From contig CAWFJJ010000029.1 of assembly GCA_963816185.1 (NCBI GenBank), positions 292,974-356,973 on the forward strand: a DNA stretch of 64,000 bases, read 5' to 3'. The stretch's first letter is position 1. Each line of letters starts with the position of its first letter. A program made the translations under genes and the position numbers. Positions 47,211 to 58,539 of the stretch are shown in pieces. The notes below the pieces were generated by a model that was not told where the DNA came from, searched no databases, and saw only the letters and a program-made list of their open reading frames with translations. The DNA is from Thermoanaerobaculia bacterium. Lineage in GTDB: Bacteria; Acidobacteriota; Thermoanaerobaculia; UBA5066.

Positions 47211-48878
47211 ATGCTCAAGAACTTGAAAGTCGGCCAGCGTCTCGGGCTCGCCTTCGGCCTCGTTCTGATCTTGACGGCGGCCGTCGGAGTCGTGGGATAC
47301 CGCGGTGTGAGACGCGTCGCCGACCTGACGCGCATCGTGCCGACGGTCAGCCCGGTGATCGAGCAGTCCCAGCGAATCCAGGTCTCGGTGCTCGAGCTGA
47401 GGCGGTTCGAAATGGAGCTCATCCTGAACTTCGATTCCCCCGGCAGATCCGCCGACTATGCGAAGAAGTGGAAAGAGGAGATGCACAAGCTCGGCGGCCG
47501 CCTGGACGAGCTCGAGAAAGCCCTCGCGATTCAGAAGAGCATCAACCTCGAGCGCGACAAGGACATGTTGAATGGAATGCGCGCGGGCGCGGCGGCATAC
47601 GAAGCCGGGATCTCCGGATTCCTCGCCAGGATCAAGGAGACCCCCCTCAAGTCGTCCCAGGAGGGAAACGCCGCCGTCGCGCCGTTCAAGGACGACGCCG
47701 ACAGGCTCGAGATGACGGTCGCCGACCTCGCCCATCTTTACTCCGACGAGCTCGCCGGCCTCGAAAAGGCGGTGAGCGCGGACGTACGCAGAGTGACCGC
47801 CGCCGTCCTGATCATGGTGATCCTCGCGGTCGTTTTCAGCACAATCATCGCAACCCTGTTCACCCGGGCCATCACGGCGCCCCTGAAGACCGCCGCCACC
47901 GCCGTCGGCGAGATCGCCCACGGCGATTTCCGCACGTCGATCGAGGCGCGCGGGCGGGACGAAATCGGTCAGATGCTCCTGGGCATGCAGGAGATGTCCC
48001 GGAGCCTCTCGCAGATCATCTCCGAGGTGCGCGCAGGAGCCGATGCGCTGACGTCTGCCTCCGCGCAGCTTTCCGCCACGTCGCAGACCGTCTCGCAGGG
48101 TACGAGCGAGCAGGCTTCGAGCGTTCAGGAGACGACGGCGAGCCTCGAGCAGATGACGGCGTCGATCACGCAGAACGCGGAGAACAGCCGCCAGACGGAG
48201 AAGATGGCCGTCAAGGGAGCGCGGGACGCCGAGGCGAGCGAGAAAGCCGTGAAAGAGACGGCGAGCGCGATGAGCGACATCGCCGAGAAGGTCTCGATCA
48301 TCGAGGAGATCGCGTACCAGACGAACCTTCTCGCGCTCAACGCCGCGATCGAAGCGGCGCGGGCGGGAGAGCACGGCAAGGGGTTCGCGGTCGTCGCGAG
48401 CGAGGTTCGGAAGCTCGCCGAGAGGAGCCAGACGGCCGCTAAGGAGATCAGCTCGCTCGCCGCGTCGAGCGTCAAGGTCGCGGAGACCGCGGGCTCGCTT
48501 CTGAGCCAGCTCACGCCCTCCATCCGGAAGACGGCCGATCTCGTGCAGGAAGTGGCCGCGGCCTCGGCCGAGCAGGCGTCGGGCGTCACGCAGATCAGTC
48601 GGGCAATGGGCCAGGTCGAGCAGGTAACGCAGCGGAACGCGTCGGCTTCCGAGGAGCTCGCTTCGACTGCGGAAGAGGTCTCGTCCCAGGCCGAGGCGCT
48701 GAAGCAGACCATGGCGTTCTTCCACATCGACGAGTCGCAGTTCGGCGATCGGCCTCTGATCCCGACCCTGGACCCGCGCCCGATTCCGGCGAGACCGGAA
48801 AGGAAACGTCTGTCGGGGACTCACGAAGCGGCGTCGCGCCGCGGAGATTTCCGGCCCGCTGCCGGACACGCGAACTGA
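47211..48878 (+). CDS. Methyl-accepting chemotaxis protein 3 (4HB_MCP-HAMP-MA), intact
   Basis: TM1 [22 protein letters not shown]2, [52 protein letters not shown] upstream. Confidence 0.9.
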   Translation: MLKNLKVGQRLGLAFGLVLILTAAVGVVGYRGVRRVADLTRIVPTVSPVIEQSQRIQVSVLELRRFEMELILNFDSPGRSADYAKKWKEEMHKLGGRLDELEKALAIQKSINLERDKDMLNGMRAGAAAYEAGISGFLARIKETPLKSSQEGNAAVAPFKDDADRLEMTVADLAHLYSDELAGLEKAVSADVRRVTAAVLIMVILAVVFSTIIATLFTRAITAPLKTAATAVGEIAHGDFRTSIEARGRDEIGQMLLGMQEMSRSLSQIISEVRAGADALTSASAQLSATSQTVSQGTSEQASSVQETTASLEQMTASITQNAENSRQTEKMAVKGARDAEASEKAVKETASAMSDIAEKVSIIEEIAYQTNLLALNAAIEAARAGEHGKGFAVVASEVRKLAERSQTAAKEISSLAASSVKVAETAGSLLSQLTPSIRKTADLVQEVAAASAEQASGVTQISRAMGQVEQVTQRNASASEELASTAEEVSSQAEALKQTMAFFHIDESQFGDRPLIPTLDPRPIPARPERKRLSGTHEAASRRGDFRPAAGHAN

Positions 48879-48901
48879 GGAATTCCGGAGGAGAGACTGC
48901 C

Positions 48902-49843
48902 GTGCGGACCCGGAGGACCGTTGCCGAAGAGCGCTTCTCTGTCGCCTCGCCGTGGGACTCGGCGATCGCGCCGATCGAGCAGCATGTTTTTCGCCGATTT
49001 CAGAGCCTCATCCTCGGGGAATCGGGCATTCGCCTCGCCGAGGTGAAAAAGGCGCTCCTCACGGGACGCCTCAGCCGCCGCCTGCGCGAGCTCGGCCTGA
49101 CGTCCTTCGGGGAGTACCTCACGCGGGTGGAGGCGGACGAGCCGGAGCGGGTCCGGATGCTCGACCTGATCGCCACGAACGAGACCCGGTTCTTTCGGGA
49201 GAGCAAGCAGTTCGAGCTGCTGGATTCCGACGTGCTGCCGCGGTGGGCCGCCGAGGCGTCCGAGGGGAAGAGGCCGCGCCGTCTCCGGGCGTGGAGCGCG
49301 GGGTGCTCGACGGGCGAGGAGCCTTACTCGCTCGCCATGCTCCTCCTTTCTCACTTCCCGAGAGACTGGGACATGGAGATCCTTGCGACCGATCTTTCGA
49401 CGCGCGCCCTGGACAGGGCCCGGACCGCCGTCTTCTCACTTTCGAAATCGAACGAGATTCCCCCAGCCTTCCTCAAGACCTACATGCTCCGCGGGACGGG
49501 GCCCGAAGACGGGAAGATGAAGGCCGGCCCCGAGGTTCGCGCGTTCGTACGGTTCGAGCGTTTGAACCTGAACGACGCGACGTACCAGGTCGGAGGTCCC
49601 TTCGACCTGATCCTCTGCCGGAACGTCCTCATCTACTTCGATTCCGACGGAAAGCGTCGGGTGATCGAGAGGCTCCTCTCTCACCTCGCGCCGACAGGAT
49701 TCTTTCTCGTCGGACACGCAGAGAGCCTGAACGGAATCACGGACGGCGTTCGCGCGGTGATGCCATCGGTCTACACCGCGGGTTCCGCGCCGGCGCGCGC
49801 GCGCGTCGCACCGTCCCGCCGGGAAGGGCTCCGGGCGACATGA
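48902..49843 (+). CDS. cheR: Chemotaxis methyltransferase CheR
   Basis: [41 protein letters not shown] start. Confidence 0.88.
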   Translation: MRTRRTVAEERFSVASPWDSAIAPIEQHVFRRFQSLILGESGIRLAEVKKALLTGRLSRRLRELGLTSFGEYLTRVEADEPERVRMLDLIATNETRFFRESKQFELLDSDVLPRWAAEASEGKRPRRLRAWSAGCSTGEEPYSLAMLLLSHFPRDWDMEILATDLSTRALDRARTAVFSLSKSNEIPPAFLKTYMLRGTGPEDGKMKAGPEVRAFVRFERLNLNDATYQVGGPFDLILCRNVLIYFDSDGKRRVIERLLSHLAPTGFFLVGHAESLNGITDGVRAVMPSVYTAGSAPARARVAPSRREGLRAT

Positions 49844-50949
49844 CGCCTGGATTCCTCCCGCAGGCGGCGCCCGTCGACAAGAGCTCCCGCCCTTCCCGGA
49901 TTCTCGTCGTCGACGACTCGGCCGTGGTCCGCCAGGCGATGACCGCCGTCCTGACGAAGGCCGGCTTCACGGTGGACATCGCGGCCGATCCGCTGATCGC
50001 CCTCGAGAAGATGAAGAAGGCGAGACCCGACGTGATCGTTCTCGATCTCGAGATGCCCCGGATGGACGGGCTCACGTTCCTACGCAAGCTGATGAGCGAG
50101 AACCCGATCCCGGTCGTGGTTTGCTCCGGGCTGACGGGTTCGGGGACCGAGGCGGCGATGCGGGCCCTCGAGGAAGGCGCGGTCGAGATCATCACGAAGC
50201 CCCGCGTCGGGGTGCACGGGTTCCTCGTGGACTCGGCGTCCCAGCTCGTGGACGCGATTCTGGGCGCCGCCCGGGCGCGGCTGCGCGCGCCGCGATCTCA
50301 CGTGATGCAACCCCGGCTCACGGCGGACGCGATGCTCCCGTCCCGCGTCAGACCGCTTGCCGTGACGACGGACCGCATCGTCGTGATCGGGGCGTCGACC
50401 GGCGGGACGGAGGCCCTGCGACGGCTCCTTCTGGATCTGCCGCCCGACTGTCCGGGCCTCGTGATCGTTCAGCACATGCCGGAGGTCTTCACGGCGGCGT
50501 TCGCGCGACGCCTGAACGAGACTTGCCGGATCGAGGTGAGGGAGGCCGTGGATGGAGATCACGTGGTCGAAGGGCGCGCCCTGATCGCACCCGGCAACCG
50601 GCACACGCTCCTCCGGCGCTCGGGCGCGCGCTATGTGGTCGAAGTTGCGGACGGTCCGCTCGTCTCGCGGCACCGGCCGAGCGTCGACGTGCTCTTCCGG
50701 TCGGCGGCCCAGGCCGCCGGTCTCAACGCCGTCGGCGTCATCCTCACGGGCATGGGCGACGATGGGGCGGACGGGCTTCTCGAGATGAAGCGAGCCGGGG
50801 CCCGGACGCTGGCTCAGGACGAAGCGACGTGCGTCGTCTTCGGCATGCCGAAGGAGGCGATCGCGCGCGGAGCGGCGGACGACGTGCTGCCTCTCGGACT
50901 CATTCCCGCGGCGATCGTGAACGCCGTCCGGGCCGATCTGCAATCCTGA
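49840..50949 (+). CDS. cheB: Chemotaxis methylesterase/deamidase CheB (REC + esterase)
   Basis: REC ([25 protein letters not shown]). Esterase ([23 protein letters not shown]). ATGA overlap with cheR. Confidence 0.9.
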   Translation: MTPGFLPQAAPVDKSSRPSRILVVDDSAVVRQAMTAVLTKAGFTVDIAADPLIALEKMKKARPDVIVLDLEMPRMDGLTFLRKLMSENPIPVVVCSGLTGSGTEAAMRALEEGAVEIITKPRVGVHGFLVDSASQLVDAILGAARARLRAPRSHVMQPRLTADAMLPSRVRPLAVTTDRIVVIGASTGGTEALRRLLLDLPPDCPGLVIVQHMPEVFTAAFARRLNETCRIEVREAVDGDHVVEGRALIAPGNRHTLLRRSGARYVVEVADGPLVSRHRPSVDVLFRSAAQAAGLNAVGVILTGMGDDGADGLLEMKRAGARTLAQDEATCVVFGMPKEAIARGAADDVLPLGLIPAAIVNAVRADLQS

Positions 50950-50966
50950 CGACGATTCTCGACGCC

Positions 50967-50985
50967 TGTCGTACGCCGTACGACA
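50967..50985. promoter_or_regulatory. Perfect 8-bp inverted repeat TGTCGTAC-gcc-GTACGACA (paralogue of 31701..31719)
   Basis: Read directly. It lies 18 nt after the cheB stop and 59 nt before the second receiver gene. Confidence 0.5.
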
Positions 50986-51043
50986 CGATTCCCGTCGGGC
51001 CACCGATTCCGGAAGGAGCCGGCCGTCTCTAGTCTTCACCGGA

Positions 51044-51421
51044 ATGAGGATTCTGATCGTGGACGACTCGGAGCCGGTGGGCGCGCGCCTGGTGGCACTC
51101 CTCCGCCGGGTGGAAGGCCTCGAGTTCCTGCCGCAGGTGTTCAGCGCGAAGGGCGCAGAGCTGGCGTTCGACCGCGAGCGTCCCGAAATCGTCCTTCTCG
51201 ACTTGCAGCTCCGGGACGGCACGTCGCTCGGGCTCCTCCGGGACATCAAGTCGAAAGCGCCCTCCACGCGCGTGTACGTCCTGACGGCCCATCTCGACGA
51301 GCGCTACCGAAAACCATGTCTCGAAGCCGGCGCCGAGTTCTACCTCAGCAAGGCGACGGACCTTCCGCTCCTCGCCGGCATTCTCGCGGACCTGGCGAGG
51401 GAGAGGCGGGCCGGGAAGTAG
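51044..51421 (+). CDS. Single-domain response regulator, paralogue of 31818..32225
   Basis: MRILIVDDSEPVGARLVALLRRVEGLEFLPQVF ... VLTAHLDERYRKPCLEAGAEFYLSKATDLP. Confidence 0.85.
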   Translation: MRILIVDDSEPVGARLVALLRRVEGLEFLPQVFSAKGAELAFDRERPEIVLLDLQLRDGTSLGLLRDIKSKAPSTRVYVLTAHLDERYRKPCLEAGAEFYLSKATDLPLLAGILADLARERRAGK

Positions 51422-51482
51422 AGCGGCCGGTGTAAAAAGATCGGCCCTGCCCGGGCGCGCTCTTTGCAGCGCCCGACGGCGA

Positions 51483-51959
51483 ATGCGTTTTCTGAGTCCG
51501 CTTCTTGCCACAACGCTTCCTCTGGCCGTCCTTCTCGGAGGGTGCGATTCCGCCAACACGCCCTCGGAGCCGAACGGTCGTTTCAGTCCGACGCCAACGG
51601 CCGCGGCGGCTGCGACTTTCCCGACGCAGCCGCCGGCGGGAACGCCTGTGACGGCGATCACACCGACCGTGACCGGAACCGTTCAGGCCACGTCCACGCC
51701 TGGTGTCGGTGTGACCAACCAGCCCACGACCGTTCCGACGTCGGGGAGTCCGACGGCGGTCGCGACGTCCTCGCCCGCGACGCCCACATCCACGCCCTTC
51801 GCCGGCACGCCCACGCCGACGCCGAACACCGGAATACCGACACCCACGGTCGTGCCGACGCCGACCCTCGTTCCGACCTTCCCGCCCACACCCAGCCTCC
51901 CGCCGACGCCTACGCTTCCTGCGCCGCCGACGCTTCCGCCCACGCCGACGTCACCCTGA
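51483..51959 (+). CDS. Pro/Thr-rich low-complexity lipoprotein
   Basis: Lipobox LLGGC after the signal peptide. The remainder is a PT-rich linker-like sequence (PTPTLVPTFPPTPSLPPTPTLP). Confidence 0.55.
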   Translation: MRFLSPLLATTLPLAVLLGGCDSANTPSEPNGRFSPTPTAAAAATFPTQPPAGTPVTAITPTVTGTVQATSTPGVGVTNQPTTVPTSGSPTAVATSSPATPTSTPFAGTPTPTPNTGIPTPTVVPTPTLVPTFPPTPSLPPTPTLPAPPTLPPTPTSP

Positions 51960-51991
51960 GTCCGGGCGCCTCAGGCGCTACCATCTGCGCC

Positions 51992-53143
51992 ATGCCTCGC
52001 CCGCCCGGTCGTTCCCTCGCCGCAGCCGCCCTGCGCGGCTCGCCGTATTCGAGCTTGCTCGCGAGGATGGCGGCACATCGGGGTGAGGTCTTTCCGCTGC
52101 ACGTCGGCGACACCTGGAGAGCCGCGCCACAAGGCGGACGGCCCGAGGAGCTGCCACGCGGCATTCCCGGGATCAACCGGTACACCGACGTGCATGGCCT
52201 GCCGGAATTGCGAGACGCGATCGCAGAACGGGTGCGGTCGCGGACGGGCACGAGCCTGACGCGCGCGAACGTGCTCGTGACGGGCGGAGCGACCGCGGGT
52301 CTCATGGCCGCGGTCGCCGCGCTCGTGTCGCCCGGCGAGGAGGTGCTTCTCCTTTCGCCGCACTGGCCGCTCATCGAGGGGCACGTGCGCATGGCGGGCG
52401 CGGTGCCGGTCGAGGTGCCCCTTCTCCTCGGCGATCTTTCGCCGGCGAGCGTCGCCGCGGTCCTCGAGGCGCATGCCACGGAGAAGACCGTCGCGCTCTA
52501 CGTCAACACACCCAACAACCCGACGGGCCGCCTCATTCCACGCGCCACGCTCGCCGCGCTCGTGGACTGGGCCGGACGACGCGACCTGTGGATCTTCGCG
52601 GACGAGGTCTACGAGGACTATGCATACGCGAGGGAGCATGCCTCCACGCTCGCGCTCGCACCCGGGAGGACGGTTGCCGCACACTCGCTGTCCAAAGCGT
52701 ACGGCCTCGCGGGCGCGCGCTGCGGCTGGCTCGCCGGACCCGAAGGCGCGCTCGACGAGATCGTGAAGCTCGGCGCTCACACGATCTACAGCGCACCGAC
52801 GGCCTCGCAGCACGCGGCGCTCCGGATCCTCGCAGGAGCAGGCGACGCCTGGGTCGACGAGGCGCGCTCCGAATACGCGGCCACGGGTGCAGAGGCCGCA
52901 CGCCGGCTCGGCGTTCCGGCGCCCGAGGGAGGTTCGTTCCTCTTCGTGGATGCAGCGCCCGCGCTCGACGCTCGCGGCCTTCTGGGCCTTCTCGAGGACT
53001 GTGCAGACGAAGGCCTCTTCCTCGCGCCAGGTCCGAGCTTCGGGCCGTTCCCCACACACGTCAGGATCTGCTTCACGGCGGTTCCGCCGGAGCAAGCGCT
53101 CAGGGGCGTGGACATCCTGGCGAGGAGGCTGAGGCGTCTCTAA
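51992..53143 (+). CDS. Class I/II PLP-dependent aminotransferase
   Basis: NTPNNPTG, SLSKAYGLAGARCGW (PLP lysine), and fold-type I pattern. I chose internal ATG 51992 because the upstream part of the track ORF overlaps the lipoprotein gene out of frame. Confidence 0.85.
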   Translation: MPRPPGRSLAAAALRGSPYSSLLARMAAHRGEVFPLHVGDTWRAAPQGGRPEELPRGIPGINRYTDVHGLPELRDAIAERVRSRTGTSLTRANVLVTGGATAGLMAAVAALVSPGEEVLLLSPHWPLIEGHVRMAGAVPVEVPLLLGDLSPASVAAVLEAHATEKTVALYVNTPNNPTGRLIPRATLAALVDWAGRRDLWIFADEVYEDYAYAREHASTLALAPGRTVAAHSLSKAYGLAGARCGWLAGPEGALDEIVKLGAHTIYSAPTASQHAALRILAGAGDAWVDEARSEYAATGAEAARRLGVPAPEGGSFLFVDAAPALDARGLLGLLEDCADEGLFLAPGPSFGPFPTHVRICFTAVPPEQALRGVDILARRLRRL

Positions 53144-53229
53144 ACCATTTCATATAAATGTCTTTTGGCGATCTGCGTCGGGTCGACTAAGATCGGGAAT
53201 AGGCCGCGAATGAGAGGTGTTATCGGGAC

Positions 53230-55689
53230 ATGTCGGAAACTTTGACTCTCCCAGTCCTCCCACTGCGTAATGCCGTCCTTTTCCCCGGCGTCAGCTTCCC
53301 GATCTCGGCGGGACGTCCCGGAACGCTTCGCGCAATCGAGCAGGCCGTGAAGCAGCCCGACGCCCTCATCTTCGCCGTGGCCCAGCGCTCGGACGTCGAG
53401 CGCGTCACACCCGAAGGCCTCTACACGATCGGCACGGTCGCGAACGTCAGCTCGATGCAGCGCGGACCGGGCGGCATGCGCCTTCTGCTCGAGGGAAAAC
53501 GACGGGGAATCGCGATGCGTGTTCTCGAAAAGAAGAACGGCATGCTCGAAGCCGTCGTTCTGGATGCCCACGAGATGGGGCCGGCGGACCCGAAGGACCC
53601 TCTTTTCACGGCTCTCCACAAGGAAGCGCGCGAGCGAGCCGCCGAGCTGGGCACGAAGATGGGGCTGCCCGACGAAGCCGTGGAGCAGTTTCTCGCGCAG
53701 GCCGACGAGCCCGGCCGCCTCGCGGACCTCGTCGCAGGCTACATCGACATCCCGACGCCCGAACGGCAGCAGCTTCTCGAGACGCTCTCCGTCGAAGACC
53801 GCCTCCGCCGCGTGCTCGTGCAGATCCAGCGTCAGATCAGCGTCCTGGCGGCGCAGGAAGACATCCAGCAGAAGATGAAGGAGCAGATCGGCGACCGCCA
53901 GCGCGAGATGCTGCTGCGCGAGCAGCTCCGGGCGATCCAGAAGGAGCTCGGAGAAGGCGAGGGCAAGGACGCCGCGGACCTCGAGGAGCTGAAGAAGAAG
54001 CTCGCGGCGCACCCGCTCTCGGAGGACGTGCGCAAGGAAGTCGATCGCGAGCTTTCGCGGCTCGAGCGCGTCGGACGCGAGTCGATGGAGTCTCAGGTCA
54101 TCCGGACGTTCCTCGAGACCGTGGCCGAGCTGCCCTGGGGCGTGCGCAGCGAAGACAAGCTCGACGTCGTCGAGGCGGCGCGCATCCTCGACGAGGACCA
54201 CTACGCGCTCACGGACGTGAAGGACCGCATCCTCGAGTTCCTCGCGGTGCGCCAGATGCGCGCGAAGGCCGAGAGCGCCGCAACGGCGCCGCCGGCCGAG
54301 GGCTCCGAACCCGTCGCGAAGAAGGAGAGTTCTTCCGGCAAGGGGCGAATCCTGCTGTTCGTCGGCCCCCCCGGCGTCGGCAAGACCTCGATCGCGAAGT
54401 CCATCGCCCGCGCGATGGGTCGCAAGTACGTTCGTATTTCGCTCGGCGGCGCGCGTGACGAAGCGGACATTCGCGGCCACCGTCGGACGTACGTCGGCGC
54501 GATGCCGGGCCGCATTGTCCAGGGCCTGAAGCAGGCCGGGACGAAGAACCCCGTCTTCCTCCTCGACGAGGTCGACAAGCTGGGCGTGTCCTTCCAGGGC
54601 GACCCCGCGAGCGCGCTCCTCGAAGTGCTCGATCCGGCGCAGAACGACTCGTTCACGGATCACTACCTCGGCATTCCGTTCGACCTCTCGGAAGTCCTCT
54701 TCATCGCGACCGCGAACCTTCTCGGGGGCATTCCGGCGCCGCTCCTCGACCGGCTCGAGGTCGTCGAATTCTCGGGCTACACGGAGAGGGAGAAGCTCGC
54801 GATCGCGCGGCAGTATCTCGTCCCGCGCCAGCTCTCCGAAAACGGGCTCGCGGCGGGCCAGCTCGCGCTGACCGACGGCGCCATCGCCGAGGTCATCGCG
54901 AGCTACACGCGCGAGGCGGGCGTGCGGCAGCTCGAGCGCGAGCTCGGGAAGCTCTCGCGAAAAGTCGTGCGGCGGATCGCGGCCGGGGAGATCTCGAGCC
55001 TCACGGTCGACGAGGCCGACGTCTTTCCGATCCTCGGCAAGAAGCGCGTTCACCCGGAGAAGAAGATCGTGGCCGATCAGGTCGGCCTCGCGACGGGCAT
55101 GTACTACACACCCGCCGGCGGCGACATCATGTTCGTCGAGGCGATGCTCATGAGGGGCAAAGGCGAGGTGGTTCTGACGGGGCAGCTCGGCGATGTCATG
55201 AAGGAGTCGGCGCGCGCCGCCTGGACGTATGCCCGCTCGCATGCGTCGAAGCTCGGCATTCCCGACAACGCGTTCGAGCGCGACCTCCACGTCCACGTGC
55301 CCGCGGGAGCGATCCCGAAGGACGGCCCCTCGGCGGGCATCGCGATGGCGACCGCCATCGTCTCGGCTCTCGCCGGGGTTCCGGCGCGCCACGACCTCGC
55401 GATGACGGGCGAGATCACGTTGTCGGGCCGCGTCCTTCCGATCGGCGGCCTCAAGGAGAAGGTCCTCGGCGCCGTACGCGCGGGGATCCACACGATCGTC
55501 CTGCCGAAGGACAACGAGCCGGACCTCGCCGATCTCCCGAAGGAGGTGCTCGCGCTGCTCGACGTGCATCCCGTCGAGGATCTCGGCGCGGCGCTCGCGA
55601 TCACGCTGCGCGGGGCCAAGCTCTCGGGCGGCCTCCTCCTCCTGCACGGGGACGGCCCGACCCCGGGGGCGGGCGCCGTCTCGCACTGA
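53230..55689 (+). CDS. lon: ATP-dependent Lon protease (LonA)
   Basis: LON N-domain ([15 protein letters not shown]), Walker [10 protein letters not shown], protease [14 protein letters not shown] with downstream catalytic Lys region. Confidence 0.95.
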   Translation: MSETLTLPVLPLRNAVLFPGVSFPISAGRPGTLRAIEQAVKQPDALIFAVAQRSDVERVTPEGLYTIGTVANVSSMQRGPGGMRLLLEGKRRGIAMRVLEKKNGMLEAVVLDAHEMGPADPKDPLFTALHKEARERAAELGTKMGLPDEAVEQFLAQADEPGRLADLVAGYIDIPTPERQQLLETLSVEDRLRRVLVQIQRQISVLAAQEDIQQKMKEQIGDRQREMLLREQLRAIQKELGEGEGKDAADLEELKKKLAAHPLSEDVRKEVDRELSRLERVGRESMESQVIRTFLETVAELPWGVRSEDKLDVVEAARILDEDHYALTDVKDRILEFLAVRQMRAKAESAATAPPAEGSEPVAKKESSSGKGRILLFVGPPGVGKTSIAKSIARAMGRKYVRISLGGARDEADIRGHRRTYVGAMPGRIVQGLKQAGTKNPVFLLDEVDKLGVSFQGDPASALLEVLDPAQNDSFTDHYLGIPFDLSEVLFIATANLLGGIPAPLLDRLEVVEFSGYTEREKLAIARQYLVPRQLSENGLAAGQLALTDGAIAEVIASYTREAGVRQLERELGKLSRKVVRRIAAGEISSLTVDEADVFPILGKKRVHPEKKIVADQVGLATGMYYTPAGGDIMFVEAMLMRGKGEVVLTGQLGDVMKESARAAWTYARSHASKLGIPDNAFERDLHVHVPAGAIPKDGPSAGIAMATAIVSALAGVPARHDLAMTGEITLSGRVLPIGGLKEKVLGAVRAGIHTIVLPKDNEPDLADLPKEVLALLDVHPVEDLGAALAITLRGAKLSGGLLLLHGDGPTPGAGAVSH

Positions 55690-55743
55690 AGCGGACCCGT
55701 TCGAGCGCGCGCTGCCGGCAAGGGGTGGACCTCTCGTCAGGCG

Positions 55744-55768
55744 AAAAAAAGGGCCGCCCCTGGCGGCC
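55744..55768 (-). terminator. Intrinsic terminator for rng (hairpin GGCCGCC-agg-GGCGGCC followed by T7 on the minus strand)
   Basis: The plus strand reads AAAAAAA-G-GGCCGCC-CCT-GGCGGCC. On the minus strand this gives a GC stem followed by seven U, ~80 nt after the rng stop. Confidence 0.7.
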
Positions 55769-55846
55769 GAAGGAGGAGAGTGCGCTTCGTGGCGCTTCGC
55801 ACGCCGCATGCCAGCCCCGTCATGCCGAAAAGGCGCCGCGGGCCCG

Positions 55847-57397
55847 CTACGCCTCGAGCACGATGTCGAACCGCTCGTGGTGCAGGTGCTCGTCGCTCTG
55901 GACGTGGACCGGCATGCCGATCTGCTCCTCGAGCTCCTCCACGAGACGGCGCTCGTCGCCCACCAGCGAACGGTAGATCTCGGGGTGGACGCGCAGGACG
56001 AGCGAATGCGCCTCTCCGACCTCGACGCGCTTCAGGATCTCGCGGCGGATCTCGAGGACGATCGTCGGAACGCTCTTCGTGCGGCTCGAGCCCGCGCAGT
56101 AGGGACACGGCATCGTGAGCGCGCGCTCCAGGCTCTGGCGCTGCCTCTTCCGCGTGATCTCGACGAGGCCGAACTCCGACACGGGGAGCATCCGGTTCTT
56201 CGAGCGGTCCTTCTTGAGCTCGGCCTCGAGCGCGGTGACGAGCTCCTTGCGGTGCTCCTCTTCCTCCATGTCGATGAAGTCCACGACGAGGAGGCCGCCG
56301 AGATCGCGCAGCCGGATCTGCCGGACGATCTCCTGCACCGCTTCGAGGTTCGTCTTGACGACCGTGTCCTCGAGACGCTTCTTGCCGACGAACTTGCCCG
56401 TGTTCACGTCGATCGCGACGAGCGCTTCCGTCTGGTTGATGACGATGTAGCCGCCGGACTTCAGCCAGACCTTCGACTTGAGCGCGTTCTCGATCTCGGC
56501 CTCGACGCCGTACTCCTCGAAGAGAGGCGCGGACTTGCGGAAGAGCTTGACCTTCGAAACGAGGACCGGCTGCACCTGGTCGAGGAACTCGACGATGCGC
56601 TGGTACTCCTCGTCGTCGTCGACCCAGAGCGTCGCGAAATCGGAGCCGAAGACGTCCCGCGCGGCGCGGAGCGTGAGGTCGAGATCGCGGTGGAGAAGCG
56701 TCGGCGCCCCCGCGCGCTCGCCCTTCTTGCGGATCTGCTCCCAGAGCTTCGTGAGATAGCGGCGGTCGGCCGCGAACTCCTCCGGCGCGCGACCTTCGCC
56801 CGCCGTGCGCACGATGTACCCGCCGGGACCCTTCTTGAGGTTCACGAGGATGTCCTTGAGGCGGTTTCTCTCGTCCTCGTTCTCGATGCGCCGCGAGACG
56901 CCGACGTGATCGATCGTGGGCATGTAAACGAGCGTGCGGCCCGGGAGCGTGACGTGCGTCGTGACGCGTACGCCTTTGTGCGCGATCTGATCCTTCGTGA
57001 CCTGTACGACTAGCTCCTGACCCTCCCGGAGCAGCTCGTCGATGGACGGGAGGATCGGCTTCGGCGGCGCCTCACCGTCCGCCGCTGCGGACACCCCCTC
57101 GGCCGGCAGGGGAAGCTCCTCGAACGTCGCCGCGGCGCCGCCGCTCCCGAAGGCGTCGAAATCGTCCACTTCCTCTCCGACGTCGGCCACGTACAGGAAG
57201 GCATCCTTCTCGAGCCCGATGTCCACGAAAGCCGACTGCATCCCGGGCAGGACGCGCGTGACGCGCCCTTTGTAGATGTTCCCGACCGTGCCGCGCTGCC
57301 TCCGGCGCTCGATCTGCACCTCAGCGACACGCCCTTCCTCGAGTACGGCGATCCGCGTCTCGCGGTCGGAGGAGGAGACGAGAAGCTCTTTCGGCAC
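55847..57397 (-). CDS. rng: Ribonuclease G/E-family endoribonuclease (Rng/CafA-like)
   Basis: S1 domain GNIYKGRVTRVLPGMQSAFVDIG and the RNase E/G catalytic core pattern. Size is 516 aa, and it sits next to the mre/mrd cluster as in many bacteria. Confidence 0.88.
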   Translation of the reverse strand: MPKELLVSSSDRETRIAVLEEGRVAEVQIERRRQRGTVGNIYKGRVTRVLPGMQSAFVDIGLEKDAFLYVADVGEEVDDFDAFGSGGAAATFEELPLPAEGVSAAADGEAPPKPILPSIDELLREGQELVVQVTKDQIAHKGVRVTTHVTLPGRTLVYMPTIDHVGVSRRIENEDERNRLKDILVNLKKGPGGYIVRTAGEGRAPEEFAADRRYLTKLWEQIRKKGERAGAPTLLHRDLDLTLRAARDVFGSDFATLWVDDDEEYQRIVEFLDQVQPVLVSKVKLFRKSAPLFEEYGVEAEIENALKSKVWLKSGGYIVINQTEALVAIDVNTGKFVGKKRLEDTVVKTNLEAVQEIVRQIRLRDLGGLLVVDFIDMEEEEHRKELVTALEAELKKDRSKNRMLPVSEFGLVEITRKRQRQSLERALTMPCPYCAGSSRTKSVPTIVLEIRREILKRVEVGEAHSLVLRVHPEIYRSLVGDERRLVEELEEQIGMPVHVQSDEHLHHERFDIVLEA

Positions 57398-57435
57398 GCG
57401 GGGAGTCTAACCTCGGCGCCCGGGGTATCCGGGCG

Positions 57436-58536
57436 TCACACGTTCACATACCGGCGGTACGCGACGGAAAGGATCAATCCCACCATGCACCACGTGGCGA
57501 TGAGCGAGGACCCGCCGTACGAGACGAACGGCAGCGTGATGCCGGTCGTGGGCATGACGCCGACGTTCATCGCGACGTTCAACAGCGCCTGGGCGGCGAT
57601 GTTCAGGATGAGGAGCAGGACGAGCATCGCCCCGCCGCGGTCGCGCGCGTCGCGTGCGAGCGCGAGCCCTCGCGCGATGAGGAAGCCGTAAAGCGCGAGG
57701 AAGATCGCGACGCCCGCGAATCCCCACTCCTCGGCGAGGGCCGCGAAGATGAAGTCGGTGTGACGCACGGGGAGAAAGCCGAGGCGGCTCTGCGTGCCGC
57801 GCTCCCAGCCCTTGCCGAAAATGCCGCCGGAGCCGATTGCGATCCGGGCCTGCCGCACCTGGTACCCGGCGCCTCGCGCCGCGAGGTTCGGATCGAGGAA
57901 TGTGCGGATGCGGTCCTTCTGGTAATCCTTCAGGAGGAACCACGAGCCGCCGATCGCGAGCGACCCGCCCAGGATGAGAATGGCCCACCAGCGCCCCGGG
58001 ATGCCGCCGAAGAAGAGGGCGGCGGCGAGAAAAGGCAGGTATGTGAGCGCGAGGCCTAGATCCGGCTGAAGGAGGACGAAGACGACCGGAGCGCCGATGG
58101 CCGCGCAAATCGCGGCGATCGTGCGCGGCCGGAGGAGAGCGCGGTCGTCGTTCTCGAGGATCCACGCGAGGAGAAGAGCGATCGAGAGCCGCGCGAACTC
58201 GGAAGGCTGAACCTGGAATCCGCCGGCAATCTTGAGCCACGACTTTGCACCGGCAATCTGCTTTCCGACGAACGGGAGGAAGACAAGCACGAGGAGCGTG
58301 AAGGCATAAAGGCCCGGCGAGTACTGCAGGAGGATGCGGTAGTCGATCGCGAGGAGGATGCCGGCGGCGACGATGCCGACGACCGCGAAGAGAATCTGCT
58401 TGCCCGCGAGGTCCCCGCGCGGCGTTCCCGCGGTCGTCGAGACGACCATCGCGATGCCGATGGCGGTCAGAACGAGCGCGAGAAAGAGAATGCGCAGGTC
58501 GATCCGCCGCGGAAGGATCTCGGCCAGCCGCGACAT
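57436..58536 (-). CDS. rodA: Rod shape-determining protein RodA (SEDS family)
   Basis: 10-TM FtsW/RodA/SpoVE pattern, directly downstream of PBP2. Confidence 0.88.
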   Translation of the reverse strand: MSRLAEILPRRIDLRILFLALVLTAIGIAMVVSTTAGTPRGDLAGKQILFAVVGIVAAGILLAIDYRILLQYSPGLYAFTLLVLVFLPFVGKQIAGAKSWLKIAGGFQVQPSEFARLSIALLLAWILENDDRALLRPRTIAAICAAIGAPVVFVLLQPDLGLALTYLPFLAAALFFGGIPGRWWAILILGGSLAIGGSWFLLKDYQKDRIRTFLDPNLAARGAGYQVRQARIAIGSGGIFGKGWERGTQSRLGFLPVRHTDFIFAALAEEWGFAGVAIFLALYGFLIARGLALARDARDRGGAMLVLLLILNIAAQALLNVAMNVGVMPTTGITLPFVSYGGSSLIATWCMVGLILSVAYRRYVNV

Positions 58537-58539
58537 CGT

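Noticed and set aside
51483-51959. PT-rich ORF as a possible shadow ORF of the overlapping 51464..53143 track ORF.
   Set aside because: I kept it as a gene because it has a proper signal peptide and lipobox. The overlapping frame has aminotransferase similarity only from 51992 onward. Low complexity keeps confidence moderate.
53143-53229. Heat-shock operator (CIRCE/HrcA) in the AT-rich palindrome CATTTCATATAAATG upstream of lon.
   Set aside because: The sequence does not resemble TTAGCACTC-N9-GAGTGCTAA. It is more likely just an AT-rich promoter or terminator region.
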